Shown here: positions 1 through 9,002 of the stretch, piece by piece
How the letters are laid out: each line of letters begins with the position of its first letter
Position numbering within the stretch: the first letter of the stretch is position 1
Origin: an uncultured virus (IMG/VR IMGVR_UViG_3300025705_000475)
Lineage: Duplodnaviria > Heunggongvirae > Uroviricota > Caudoviricetes
Strand: one strand, 5' to 3'
Virus record (IMG/VR): IMGVR_UViG_3300025705_000475
DNA length: 20,000 nucleotides
Program-made: the position numbers and the translations under genes
The notes under the pieces: model-generated
The model's input: only the letters and a program-made list of their open reading frames with translations
What the model was told of the DNA's origin: nothing
Databases searched by the model: none

Positions 1-144
1 CTCCTCACCCTCATCAAACGGGTCTTTAGTGACGTTATTTACCACACCTTTAGTACCACCAGGAACTGGTGAATATGGGTCTTTCATATAAATTAAAATT
101 ATATTATCACCTTCCTTTACACTTGGGTTTACATCTTTAGCCAT
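1..144 (-). CDS. DUF4314-like protein, 5' part (runs off window start)
   Basis: Manual translation from ATG at 144: MAKDVNPSVKEGDNIILIYMKDPYSPVPGGTKGVVNNVTKDPFDEGEE; the G-x-x-I-x-L-x-x-M-x-DP..P.P.GT.G.V pattern resembles DUF4314. Confidence 0.6.
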   Translation of the reverse strand, partial: MAKDVNPSVKEGDNIILIYMKDPYSPVPGGTKGVVNNVTKDPFDEGEE

Positions 145-217
145 TTAAAGTCTTTTAAAATAAATATAACGTATAACAGTTTAGTATTAGTGACATATTT
201 ATAATAAAACATTACAA

Positions 218-847
218 GTGAAAGTTTTAGTTACAGAAGAACAATATCAAGTATTATTAAACGAGAGAATCGGAGAACAAGTAACGTCTACCTTAAAAAG
301 GTTAGATAAATTACTTAAAAAAATAATTACAGACGTAAAACAACAATTTGGTATTAGTACTAAATTCGCTCTAACTTACGGAGCAGGTATCGGTGCACTT
401 ATGGAACCTGTTGAAAAATACCTTAATGGTGAGTTTACAGGTTTAGAATCTTGGCAGGTATCCTCATTGGTTATTGCCGCAATATCTATCGTTTATTTTG
501 AAGGTAAGGAGTATGATAAGCTCAGAGAAGATATTGAACAACAAGGTTTAGATGATGAATTAAAGTCTGCGGTTAGTAAAACACAACAACTTAAAGATAA
601 ATTTAGCTCAATGTTAACCGTTCTCGGTATAAGTGTGTATAGAGGTGGAGATATATTAGCCTACACTTTTTTATTACCTATTTTAGGTATGATTATTAAT
701 GTAGCAAATACTTTTGGTTTTGATTCTGTAGAGATGGCGACATTGTCAACATCATTAGTTCATTCAGGTCTTATAACTGTTTCGTCAGTAGTCTTTAGAG
801 ACGTAATGCAGAAAATAGCTAGTAAGTTATCTAGTCGACACCGATAA
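218..847 (+). CDS. Hypothetical multi-helix membrane-like protein with N-terminal 'VTEEQY..LLNE' motif (possible virion internal protein)
   Basis: 209 aa ORF with GTG start; several hydrophobic segments; upstream TATTTAT at 196-202. Confidence 0.7.
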   Translation: MKVLVTEEQYQVLLNERIGEQVTSTLKRLDKLLKKIITDVKQQFGISTKFALTYGAGIGALMEPVEKYLNGEFTGLESWQVSSLVIAAISIVYFEGKEYDKLREDIEQQGLDDELKSAVSKTQQLKDKFSSMLTVLGISVYRGGDILAYTFLLPILGMIINVANTFGFDSVEMATLSTSLVHSGLITVSSVVFRDVMQKIASKLSSRHR

Positions 848-1163
848 AATTAAAATCTTTATCGACCTCATAGTAGTGTACACTCATAGAGTAGTATAAG
901 TCTTTAACTTTATTTTTTTCTCTTAGTTTACCAATCTGATTTCTTTTATCAGATTCACCCATCATTATACCGATAACTTTTTTACCTTTTGGTGGTTTAT
1001 ATTCAGTTGGTAAACTAACAGTGACTGGTACTGGTTTAATAAAATCTAAAATACTATTAATTAATTTTGTTTTCGTACCTGTACGGTGAAGAGAGTACTC
1101 TTTACAGATTAGTTTAATTTCAACTAATGATAACTTCTTTAAATTTTCTCGTGTGTGTTCCAT
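831..1163 (-). CDS. SAP-domain putative nucleic-acid-binding protein
   Basis: N-terminal LKKLSLVEIKLICKEYSLHRTGTKTKLINSIL fits the SAP pattern; basic protein. Confidence 0.6.
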   Translation of the reverse strand: MEHTRENLKKLSLVEIKLICKEYSLHRTGTKTKLINSILDFIKPVPVTVSLPTEYKPPKGKKVIGIMMGESDKRNQIGKLREKNKVKDLYYSMSVHYYEVDKDFNFIGVD

Positions 1164-1167
1164 ATAA

Positions 1168-1175
1168 CAAATATA
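1168..1175 (-). promoter_or_regulatory. Bacteroidota-type -7 element (TATATTTG), only 4 nt from the ATG, so probably a leaderless mRNA
   Basis: CAAATATA on + strand; ATG at 1163. Confidence 0.5.
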
Positions 1176-1210
1176 CGGATTTAATTGTAATAAAAAAAAT
1201 ATAATATAAT

Positions 1211-1660
1211 TTAATCGGGATAATGTACTATATTCTTTACACTAAACCAATTATATTCGAAACCATATTTTGCTTTAGCGTTATATTCATCATTGTGATT
1301 AGTCCAATCAAAACTACATGAACTTAAAAAACCAACCATATCATCACCCTCATCAGCGGCGGTTTTAGTTACAAATTCCATATTTTCATTTAAGTGATAA
1401 TCGCCAAATGTATTTATCACTGCAGATAAAATTTCATCTAAGGCTTTACATAATGGTCCGTGGTCTGGGTCATCTACCATGAAAGGAATTTCAACTTCAA
1501 AATAAACTGTACCGTTTTGATTAGCACCATATATTTTAGTTATTAAATTTGTCGCCTTTAATTTCCTAAGTAGTGGGGATTTACTTTCAACTACGTACAA
1601 TAGTATTTGTACGGCTCTTCTAGCTACACCTCTAAATTCTTCTTCACTTTTAAATTCCAT
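1211..1660 (-). CDS. Hypothetical protein
   Basis: ORF 1211..1678; start at MEFKSEEE (1660) reduces overlap with the upstream gene. Confidence 0.65.
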   Translation of the reverse strand: MEFKSEEEFRGVARRAVQILLYVVESKSPLLRKLKATNLITKIYGANQNGTVYFEVEIPFMVDDPDHGPLCKALDEILSAVINTFGDYHLNENMEFVTKTAADEGDDMVGFLSSCSFDWTNHNDEYNAKAKYGFEYNWFSVKNIVHYPD

Positions 1661-2504
1661 ATCTTTTTTCGTATTCATCAGATAAGAAAGAGATTAACTC
1701 TAACGAATCTTTATCGTTTAATTTATGAGCATATTGACTTCTTTTAAACCAATCACCTATAACTTGTTTAATTGGTTGATTACGAAGTTTAGCCACCCTT
1801 ATAATACCTTTAAGTTCTGCCGGTATCTCGTGGCTCTGCTTATAGTAGTCTTTACCGCTAGGTTGTTCTTCACCATAACTGTGATGTATTTCATTATCAG
1901 GTCTCATATAATTTTCTTGAAATAGATGTTCTATTTCATGAGCAACTACGTCATTTATATCTGCAATTAAATCGTACATAAGTGAAGGATAATGTTCAGG
2001 ATTAATAATTATTAGTACTGAAATTGTATCTCCGTCAGACATTAATGCCCCATTAATCATGTAGGGTTCTTTTATACTATAATCGGCATTGTAAGTTAAT
2101 TCTATGGAGAATGACGGTATATTGTACGACCTACTTATGTTTAACTTTTTAAAGTCATTATCAAAGTCATATTCAATTTCATTCGTTTCAGTAATGTCTT
2201 CAGGTAAAAAGTATTCACCATAATTTTCACTTTTAACAATATTTGTTATGTCTCTTACTATACGTCTAATTGGTTCATTAATACCCTTAGCCTCATTTAT
2301 GATGTTAGACTCATTGATAGATTCTTTAACAGTTAATAGTAACTCATTTGTAATAGTTTCGGGGTTTTCGTCTTCATAAAACCCTGTTTTTATTCTAAAA
2401 TAGTTGTTCTTACCTAAATTACGCGCATAAGACTCAGAACCTACACTATTAGTTATAGTTTCTATAATACCATCATAATAATCTTGAAATTCATTACTTA
2501 TCAT
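1650..2504 (-). CDS. HExxH zincin-like putative metallopeptidase
   Basis: VVAHEIEHLFQE followed by YYKQSHEIPAE; likely start MISNEF at 2504, just after TATTTAT (2509-2515). Confidence 0.65.
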   Translation of the reverse strand: MISNEFQDYYDGIIETITNSVGSESYARNLGKNNYFRIKTGFYEDENPETITNELLLTVKESINESNIINEAKGINEPIRRIVRDITNIVKSENYGEYFLPEDITETNEIEYDFDNDFKKLNISRSYNIPSFSIELTYNADYSIKEPYMINGALMSDGDTISVLIIINPEHYPSLMYDLIADINDVVAHEIEHLFQENYMRPDNEIHHSYGEEQPSGKDYYKQSHEIPAELKGIIRVAKLRNQPIKQVIGDWFKRSQYAHKLNDKDSLELISFLSDEYEKRYGI

Positions 2505-2517
2505 ACTAATAAATATA

Positions 2518-3000
2518 TCAGTATCTGTTAAGTAGAAAAGGAATTGATAAACCCGCACCAAATTCTATAGTATTAGAAACATTTAGAATCAAAGCAATGT
2601 CTATTGAACGTGAATTTTGAGTAATAAGTTTAATTGGGTGTAGTCTAATCATTACATCGGGGTAAAAATCCGCAGGTTCACTTGTATAAAGAACCATTTT
2701 ACCCCCAACCCCTACATTGATACCGTTTCTTAAAAATCCATAATTAATACCTAACCTATTTGGGTAGGCTCCCGTTTGATTTATAATCGGGACCCCTCCA
2801 GTGTTAATTATATTTAATTGGCCCGTAGTATATATTCCCCATGGGGCATATGGGTTACGACTATTGATTACAGATGTGTTAATATTATCTGTGGAAAGAA
2901 ATAAGTCTCCACTACCAAATAACACACCAACCGTAGATGATTGTGAATAAACATTAGATATTGTCAGAAAAAATGTAATAATAATTGTAGTAAATCTCAT
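2518..3000 (-). CDS. Secreted or outer-membrane beta-rich protein with signal peptide
   Basis: MRFTTIIITFFLTISNVYS/Q signal peptide; alternating Gly/aromatic strands (RLGINYG, INVGVGGK, IEFGAGLSIPF); ATG at 3000 lies downstream of a promoter. Confidence 0.6.
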   Translation of the reverse strand: MRFTTIIITFFLTISNVYSQSSTVGVLFGSGDLFLSTDNINTSVINSRNPYAPWGIYTTGQLNIINTGGVPIINQTGAYPNRLGINYGFLRNGINVGVGGKMVLYTSEPADFYPDVMIRLHPIKLITQNSRSIDIALILNVSNTIEFGAGLSIPFLLNRY

Positions 3001-3020
3001 AAATGTTTTTTTTAATAAAA

Positions 3021-3052
3021 CAAATATAACCACAAAAATTTAAATAAACAAA
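3021..3052 (-). promoter_or_regulatory. Bacteroidota sigma70-type promoter (TTTG-N20-TATATTTG)
   Basis: CAAATATA at 3021-3028 and CAAA at 3049-3052 on + strand. Confidence 0.6.
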
Positions 3053-3904
3053 TTACAGACTCTTTAACATTTCAATTAAAGGTGGATAAGGGTAAACGTC
3101 AAATTTGTCCTTACGATAATTGGTATGACTCCATATCCCAACACCCCCATGATTTGCTAACTTGTTAAATTCAAATGGTCCCCAATCACTTCTATCAGCA
3201 TCATTGTATGTTCTTACAGCGTACTTGGTATTTCCTCCGTTAAGTCCATCTTCGGTTAAAACTTTACCATTTAATCCTAAGTAACCTTTTTCATTTAAAA
3301 ATTGTTGTTTCTCCAAAACATTTAAACCTTTAAATGATTGTTTAGTATCAAACAGTTCAACCATACCTTTACAAACATCAATACCATATTCTAAACTATA
3401 TTTATCTATCAAAAATTTAACAGACTCTATTTGTTTGTCGGTATATTTTTGATAGTATCGATATCCTCTCCAATTTTTACCTAAATCTACAACATCCTCT
3501 TCAGGTACTTTACTATTAACATATGTGAAATATTCCCCCTTAACTGATTTTACTAATGGACCATAGTTACAAATTTCTATACCTATAGATTGTTCATTTA
3601 ACTCTCTATTATTAGAATTCTTAGTACCTAAATGATGTGCCCATTGTTCAACAGGTAAACCTTGTACAACTACCCCGTCCCAATCGGTATTACCATCTCT
3701 AGTGGACTTTCCTCCAATAACGAACTGAGTGGCAACTCTTAGTGGTCTACCTCCTTTAGTTCTATCTCTGTCCCACGAACTAAATACCCAATCTGGTCTG
3801 TGACTTCCTGCCGTATGGTGTAAAACTATGGTTTTTTTGTCTGTTTTATTTGAATAATACTCATCCCCCTCTAAATATTGTTTTTTTATTTCAATTTTTT
3901 TCAT
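3053..3904 (-). CDS. N-acetylmuramoyl-L-alanine amidase (Amidase_2 endolysin) with inserted peptidoglycan-binding domain
   Basis: IVLHHTAG, WAHHLG, SIGIEICNYG, YTDKQIES and terminal GIWSHTNYRKDKFD motifs; QQFLNEKGY..LTEDGLNGGNTKYAVRTYN resembles PG_binding_1. Confidence 0.85.
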   Translation of the reverse strand: MKKIEIKKQYLEGDEYYSNKTDKKTIVLHHTAGSHRPDWVFSSWDRDRTKGGRPLRVATQFVIGGKSTRDGNTDWDGVVVQGLPVEQWAHHLGTKNSNNRELNEQSIGIEICNYGPLVKSVKGEYFTYVNSKVPEEDVVDLGKNWRGYRYYQKYTDKQIESVKFLIDKYSLEYGIDVCKGMVELFDTKQSFKGLNVLEKQQFLNEKGYLGLNGKVLTEDGLNGGNTKYAVRTYNDADRSDWGPFEFNKLANHGGVGIWSHTNYRKDKFDVYPYPPLIEMLKSL

Positions 3905-3936
3905 ATCTTTGTCTATGTATAATAATAAATATAACT

Positions 3937-4362
3937 ATGAACAATATTAATTTTTTCGCAGATAGACTTAGAAAAATTGGCGACGAAGCACTAAAGGAAG
4001 CGTTGTACCTAAATTTGAATGTTAACGAAGTTTTATTATCCTATGAAATTGCGGGAATCCCTTCACCAATTATGGTTAAGAAAAATACGTGGGCCGACAT
4101 GGGAAGAGGATGGGGTAACGGTTATGTTAAAATTATTCCCTCACATAAAGACTACGGAAAGGGTTATGACGATATTGATGTAAGTGTACATGGAGGTTTA
4201 ACATTTTCAGAAACCATACTATCAGGTGATGAATGGCCTGAAGGTCATTGGGTAGGTTTCGATACCGCACACTCAGGGGATGACATCAAATCGTGGCCTA
4301 AAGAATCGGTTTTAGATGAAACTAAAGATTTATTTAGTCAGATTTATAATATTAAAAGATAG
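3937..4362 (+). CDS. Conserved phage hypothetical protein (GYV..VHGGLTF..GFDTAH family)
   Basis: Motifs NGYVKI, VSVHGGLTFS, WVGFDTAHSGD; ATG at 3937 avoids overlap with the divergent amidase. Confidence 0.7.
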   Translation: MNNINFFADRLRKIGDEALKEALYLNLNVNEVLLSYEIAGIPSPIMVKKNTWADMGRGWGNGYVKIIPSHKDYGKGYDDIDVSVHGGLTFSETILSGDEWPEGHWVGFDTAHSGDDIKSWPKESVLDETKDLFSQIYNIKR

Positions 4363-4369
4363 TGAATTT

Positions 4370-4963
4370 ATGAAGATTTTATTTAAACTATTTTTAATAA
4401 TTTTAACTTTACCATTACATAGTCAAACATTAACTATTGAAAATGATACCATAAAAACTGATATATTTGATGTTATATACTCTGAAGAATTAGAACAACC
4501 CTTATGGATAACATATAAAGTATTGTGTCCTATGGGAACTCAAAGTAGAAGTGGTTTAAACTTCTACACAAATGATAGTATTCATACTTCAAACAACGAA
4601 GATTACAAAGATAATATTTGGGATAAGGGTCATTTAGCTCCGGCATCGGCATTTAATTGTGATAGAGAAACACTTAAAAAAACGTTTACCTATTTAAATT
4701 GTGTGTTACAACATGAAGGACTTAATAGAGGACCATGGAAAGAGTTAGAACGATTCGAGGTAGGACTATCAAAAATATTTGAAAGTGTGATAGTGGAGAT
4801 AAAAGTATGTTTTGAAGGTGAGTTAGGGGTCGTTAGTGGTGGAGCGACAATACCATCTGGATTTAAAAAGACTATAAAATTTGACAATAAGGAAATTATA
4901 TTCTATTTTCCTAATGTTGATGTCTCTGGTAAGGATTGGGGACACTTTAAAATAGAAGAATAA
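4370..4963 (+). CDS. Secreted DNA/RNA non-specific endonuclease (NucA/EndoG-like, His-Me)
   Basis: WDKGHLAPA, NCVLQHEGLNRGPWKELE, IPSGFKK; signal peptide MKILFKLFLIILTLPLHS/Q starting at 4370. Confidence 0.9.
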   Translation: MKILFKLFLIILTLPLHSQTLTIENDTIKTDIFDVIYSEELEQPLWITYKVLCPMGTQSRSGLNFYTNDSIHTSNNEDYKDNIWDKGHLAPASAFNCDRETLKKTFTYLNCVLQHEGLNRGPWKELERFEVGLSKIFESVIVEIKVCFEGELGVVSGGATIPSGFKKTIKFDNKEIIFYFPNVDVSGKDWGHFKIEE

Positions 4964-5350
4964 ATGGAATTACTAAATACTCATCCCATAAAAAAATCCG
5001 ATTTAGGTTTTCATGGTAATCTATTTGGAGGTAAGTTATTAGCGTGGTTAGATGCAAGTGCCGCCGCGTTTGCGATGCAAGTCGCTGACACACCAAGAAT
5101 GGTAACAGTTAAGATTGATGAGTGTCTTTTTAAGAAACCCGCCAAAGAGGGTCAACTAATAAAGATGTATGGTAAGGTAGAAAGTATTGGTATAACATCA
5201 TTAACTCTTTACATGGAAGCTCGTTCACATAATGTTTATTCAGGTAAACAAACAATTATATTATCGACTAAAATTAAATTCGTTAGAATTGATGAAACGG
5301 GGGACCCCATCCCAATATCTCAAAGGGTTAAAGATAAATACATTAAATAA
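4964..5350 (+). CDS. Hotdog-fold acyl-CoA thioesterase (YciA-like)
   Basis: DLGFHGNLFGGKLLAWLD, MVTVKID, FKKP, FVRIDETGDPIP. Confidence 0.9.
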   Translation: MELLNTHPIKKSDLGFHGNLFGGKLLAWLDASAAAFAMQVADTPRMVTVKIDECLFKKPAKEGQLIKMYGKVESIGITSLTLYMEARSHNVYSGKQTIILSTKIKFVRIDETGDPIPISQRVKDKYIK

Positions 5351-5367
5351 ATTAAATAACAAAAAAA

Positions 5368-5799
5368 ATGAAAGTAGAAAAAGGTAACAACGTTAAAGTT
5401 CACTACACAGGAACTTTAGAAGACGGTAAAGAATTTGACAGTTCACGTAAACGTGGTGAAACACTTAATTTTGCAGTCGGCACTGGACAAATGATTGCAG
5501 GTTTTGATGCTGCTGTCGAGGGTATGGAAGTAGGTGAGATAAAGGACATAACTTTAGAACCAACTCAAGCGTACGGGGAAAGAAAAGATGAGGCGGTAAT
5601 GCCGGTTAATCGTAAGAACTTCCCTGAAGACTTTAAAGTTGAAGTAGGTGGTATGGTTCAAGGTCAGACTGAACAGGGTATGCCGATTCAAGCAACTATC
5701 GTAGGTGAAGATGAGGAAAATCTAATTTTAGATATGAATCACCCACTCGCTGGTAAGTCACTAAATTTTAATATTGAATTAGTAGAAATAGTAGAATAA
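5368..5799 (+). CDS. slyD: FKBP-type peptidyl-prolyl isomerase, SlyD/SlpA-type
   Basis: VKVHYTGTLEDGKEFDSS, GQMIAGFD, AYG, LDMNHPLAGKSLNFNIE; no His-rich tail. Confidence 0.92.
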   Translation: MKVEKGNNVKVHYTGTLEDGKEFDSSRKRGETLNFAVGTGQMIAGFDAAVEGMEVGEIKDITLEPTQAYGERKDEAVMPVNRKNFPEDFKVEVGGMVQGQTEQGMPIQATIVGEDEENLILDMNHPLAGKSLNFNIELVEIVE

Positions 5800-6236
5800 T
5801 GGTTTATTGGTTTACAGGACAGCCGTCACATGGTAAGACCGTGTTGGCTAATATGTTTAAAGAATCTCATCTACCTACCGCATATAGAATTGATGGTGAT
5901 GAGATGAGAGAATTGTTTACTAATAAAGATTATTCGATTAAAGGTAGGGTAACTAATGTGGATGCTGCTCAGAAAATTTCACATTATTTACACAATCAAG
6001 GAGATGACGTAATAGTTTCTTTAGTTTCACCTTATATAGACCAAAGAGAGGAATTTAAAAAACTATTAGGTGATGATTTAGTTGAAATTTATATTCACAC
6101 ATCAGAACCTAGAGAACGAGACCATTTTAAGTCTGAGGCGTATGTCGCACCTAAAGAAAACTTTATCGATATCGATACCACTGTAGATACACCTGAAGAA
6201 TCTCTTCAAAAAATTATATCTAAATTAGGATGGTAG
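5799..6236 (+). CDS. cysC: Adenylyl-sulfate (APS) kinase-like protein
   Basis: YWFTGQPSHGKT P-loop, IDGDEMR, DYSIKGR..N, VIVSLVSPY..QRE; shorter than cellular CysC. Confidence 0.8.
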   Translation: MVYWFTGQPSHGKTVLANMFKESHLPTAYRIDGDEMRELFTNKDYSIKGRVTNVDAAQKISHYLHNQGDDVIVSLVSPYIDQREEFKKLLGDDLVEIYIHTSEPRERDHFKSEAYVAPKENFIDIDTTVDTPEESLQKIISKLGW

Positions 6237-6598
6237 ATAAGAAATCGACAATATTTTGTGACATAGATGGAACGATATTCAAATATCGAAAGTTTGAAAC
6301 GTATGAAACTTCATCAGTCGAAGTTTTACCTGAAGTAAAAGAAAAGTTGGAGTCGTGGAGTAAAGATGGTCATATGGTAATTTTAACTACCGCAAGACCT
6401 GATTACCTCCACGACCACACCGTTAAAGAATTACAAGAGAACGGAATAATGTATGACCGTTTAATTACAGGAATTGAGAGGGGTCCGAGAATCTTAATTA
6501 ATGATATGGACCCTAATAAACCAGGTCAAAGAGCGTTTGGAGTAAACCTTAATAGAAATGAGGGGTTCCAAAGTATCGATTGGTCTAATTATATTTAA
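6230..6598 (+). CDS. Small HAD-superfamily phosphatase-like protein
   Basis: IFCDIDGTI (motif I), LTTARP (motif II), ILIND. Confidence 0.75.
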   Translation: MVDKKSTIFCDIDGTIFKYRKFETYETSSVEVLPEVKEKLESWSKDGHMVILTTARPDYLHDHTVKELQENGIMYDRLITGIERGPRILINDMDPNKPGQRAFGVNLNRNEGFQSIDWSNYI

Positions 6599-6607
6599 AT
6601 TTAAATT

Positions 6608-7000
6608 ATGAGTGATTGGAGTAGTAAATTTCACGTAGAATCATCAATGCCGGCTAGAGATGGTCAGTACGCGATGTTTGTAGGTAGATGGCAACCTTTA
6701 CATAAAGGACATCAAGAGTTATTTAAACAAGCAATGGATAAAGGTAAAAATGTTTTAATTTGTATTAGAGATGGAAAACCTAATGAAAAAAATCCATTTA
6801 CGGCGACAGAAGTTAAAGAAAACATTATGAATCATTATTCTTCCGAAGTTGAATCAGGTAAAATTGCAGTAACGATTATCCCTGATATTTGTTCAATTGA
6901 ATTTGGTAGAGGTGTTGGTTATGATATTATTGAACACACACCCCCTTCTGAAATCGGAGATATCTCAGCGACTAAGATTCGTAAAGAAATGGGTCTTTAA
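6608..7000 (+). CDS. HxGH nucleotidyltransferase (cytidylyltransferase-like)
   Basis: MFVGRWQPLHKGH, NPF and ISATKIR motifs. Confidence 0.85.
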   Translation: MSDWSSKFHVESSMPARDGQYAMFVGRWQPLHKGHQELFKQAMDKGKNVLICIRDGKPNEKNPFTATEVKENIMNHYSSEVESGKIAVTIIPDICSIEFGRGVGYDIIEHTPPSEIGDISATKIRKEMGL

Positions 7001-7018
7001 GGTCAAAAATCAAATAAT

Positions 7019-7054
7019 TGGGGCTCATTTTTTAATCTAAGTGAGCTCTATTTT
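7019..7054 (+). terminator. Probable intrinsic terminator
   Basis: TGGGGCTCATTT/AAGTGAGCTCTA 12-bp stem with G-U pairs, followed by TTTT, after the NTase gene. Confidence 0.5.
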
Positions 7055-7077
7055 ACTAATTAGTAAGCCAAAAAAAT

Positions 7078-7674
7078 ATGAAATTTAATAAGAAAGAATT
7101 GTTTTATTACTGTAGTAATGAATTACGATATAAAAAATTAAATAAAATAAAAGTACTAATCCCTTCATTAGCCTTATTAGTTATATTTTTATTGTTAATC
7201 CCTATTAATGAATCATTAATTGGTAATGTATCGAATCATGATAATTTTGAATCTGATATTTCAGTAATTAATATTAATGATACTTTAAATGATTTCTCGG
7301 AAGATAAATTAATAGATATGTTAATTTCTTTAAATATTAAGTTCCCACATATAGTATTGGCTCAGGCTAAACTCGAAAGTGGTAACTACTCATCTAAAAT
7401 ATTTAAGGAGAACCATAACCTTTTTGGTATGAAAGAGGCCAGAGTTAGAATACATACATCTAAGGGTACTCAATTTAATCATGCATATTATAGTCACTGG
7501 AAAGAATCGGTGTATGACTATGCATTTTATCAGTGTCGATATCTATCGACCTTACACACAGAAAAAGAATATTATAGTTACCTATCTAAATCTTACGCTG
7601 AAGCAAATAACTATGTAGACATATTAAAATCTATGGTTATTAAAGAAAACTTAAAAGAAAAATTTATATATTAG
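7078..7674 (+). CDS. Membrane-anchored glucosaminidase/GH73-like peptidoglycan hydrolase
   Basis: N-terminal TM segment; IVLAQAKLESG, NHNLFGMK, YAEANNY motifs. Confidence 0.8.
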   Translation: MKFNKKELFYYCSNELRYKKLNKIKVLIPSLALLVIFLLLIPINESLIGNVSNHDNFESDISVININDTLNDFSEDKLIDMLISLNIKFPHIVLAQAKLESGNYSSKIFKENHNLFGMKEARVRIHTSKGTQFNHAYYSHWKESVYDYAFYQCRYLSTLHTEKEYYSYLSKSYAEANNYVDILKSMVIKENLKEKFIY

Positions 7675-7707
7675 AATTTTATGTTTATATTAGCCCAAAG
7701 AAATAAA

Positions 7708-8385
7708 ATGAAAATCACATTCATATCTGATACACACACAAAACATCATCAGGTAACATCACAGTTACCAGGTGGTGATTTACTAATTCATGCTGGGGAT
7801 TTAATGAATAGTGGACATAATAAAAATGAGATTAATTATTTCTGTGAATGGTTTGAGTCTCAAGATTACAAACATAAAATTTTTATTGCCGGAAACCATG
7901 ACAAGATGTTTGAAGACCACCCATTGGAATCAAACACAATTGTAAACAACTATGATGTTACTTATCTACAAGATGATGAAGATATTATTGATGGTATAAA
8001 AATTTATGGAAGCCCTTGGCAACCTGAGTTTTATGATTGGGCATTTAACTTACCTAAAGATGGTGTTGAATTAAAACAAAAGTGGAGTCTAATACCTACA
8101 GGTACAGACATATTAATAACTCATGGACCACCATATGGTCATTTAGATACCGTAGTTGGGCAGTACAATAATCTTGGGTGTAAGATGTTATCTGAACGAA
8201 TTGAAGTAGTTAAACCTAAGATACATGTCTTTGGTCACATTCATAGTGGATACGGATATAAGTTTGAAAATGGTACACATTACATTAATGCGTCTGTTTT
8301 AGGTGAAGATTACATTTTTAAAAATAAACCCTTAACAGTGGAGTGGGACCCAAATACGAATAAAATTGAATTTTTAGATTATTAA
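7708..8385 (+). CDS. Calcineurin-like metallophosphoesterase
   Basis: SDTH, HAGD, GNHD, ITHGPP, FGHIH motifs; likely start MKITFISDTH at 7708. Confidence 0.92.
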   Translation: MKITFISDTHTKHHQVTSQLPGGDLLIHAGDLMNSGHNKNEINYFCEWFESQDYKHKIFIAGNHDKMFEDHPLESNTIVNNYDVTYLQDDEDIIDGIKIYGSPWQPEFYDWAFNLPKDGVELKQKWSLIPTGTDILITHGPPYGHLDTVVGQYNNLGCKMLSERIEVVKPKIHVFGHIHSGYGYKFENGTHYINASVLGEDYIFKNKPLTVEWDPNTNKIEFLDY

Positions 8386-8390
8386 TTAAA

Positions 8391-9002
8391 ATGAAATACA
8401 AATTAGAAGTTTACGGATGGTCAATGGAGGCGATGGCTCATTCATTAAATGACCAACAATTAGAGGATGTGGATATCCTTATGAAAGACAATAACTGTGA
8501 TGAACTATGGCAGATTAGGTCTGAGTTAGAAGACGTTGTTGACGATATGTGGGGACCCGATTTATTTCATATGAACGCACCTTTTTATAACGGTAGTACG
8601 TTCTTTAGAGTTGTAGATGAAAATGAAAAAGTAATTTTAGAATTTGATGAGAAAGATTTGGGTGACTTATATGAAAATGTTGAAGATGTTGATGATTTAT
8701 ACCCCTATGAATCCCATTTCGCTTCACCTAATTACCGTAACGATGGTGTTAAACATATTATGTTAGTTGTTGATGAAAATAAAGGTGGATTTTGTGAAAT
8801 GTTATTTGAATCTGACGAGGAACTTAAACCTGAAGATTTTTCTGTAATGGGAGGTGGTATTGATACACCTTTAGGTGAATGGGATTTTATCTCACGTATT
8901 TTCTTTAAAGATACCCTACTTGAGATTGACGATTGGTTAGATAATCGAGGTAAAGCGGCAACATTAGAGATTTATGCTGAAGATGGGAGAATCATACATT
9001 AA
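8391..9002 (+). CDS. Hypothetical highly acidic protein
   Basis: 203 aa D/E-rich ORF in operon context. Confidence 0.75.
   Translation: MKYKLEVYGWSMEAMAHSLNDQQLEDVDILMKDNNCDELWQIRSELEDVVDDMWGPDLFHMNAPFYNGSTFFRVVDENEKVILEFDEKDLGDLYENVEDVDDLYPYESHFASPNYRNDGVKHIMLVVDENKGGFCEMLFESDEELKPEDFSVMGGGIDTPLGEWDFISRIFFKDTLLEIDDWLDNRGKAATLEIYAEDGRIIH

Noticed and set aside
1725..1925. 66-aa plus-strand ORF
   Set aside because: Antisense shadow of the HExxH gene
4690..4887. 65-aa minus-strand ORF
   Set aside because: Antisense shadow of the nuclease
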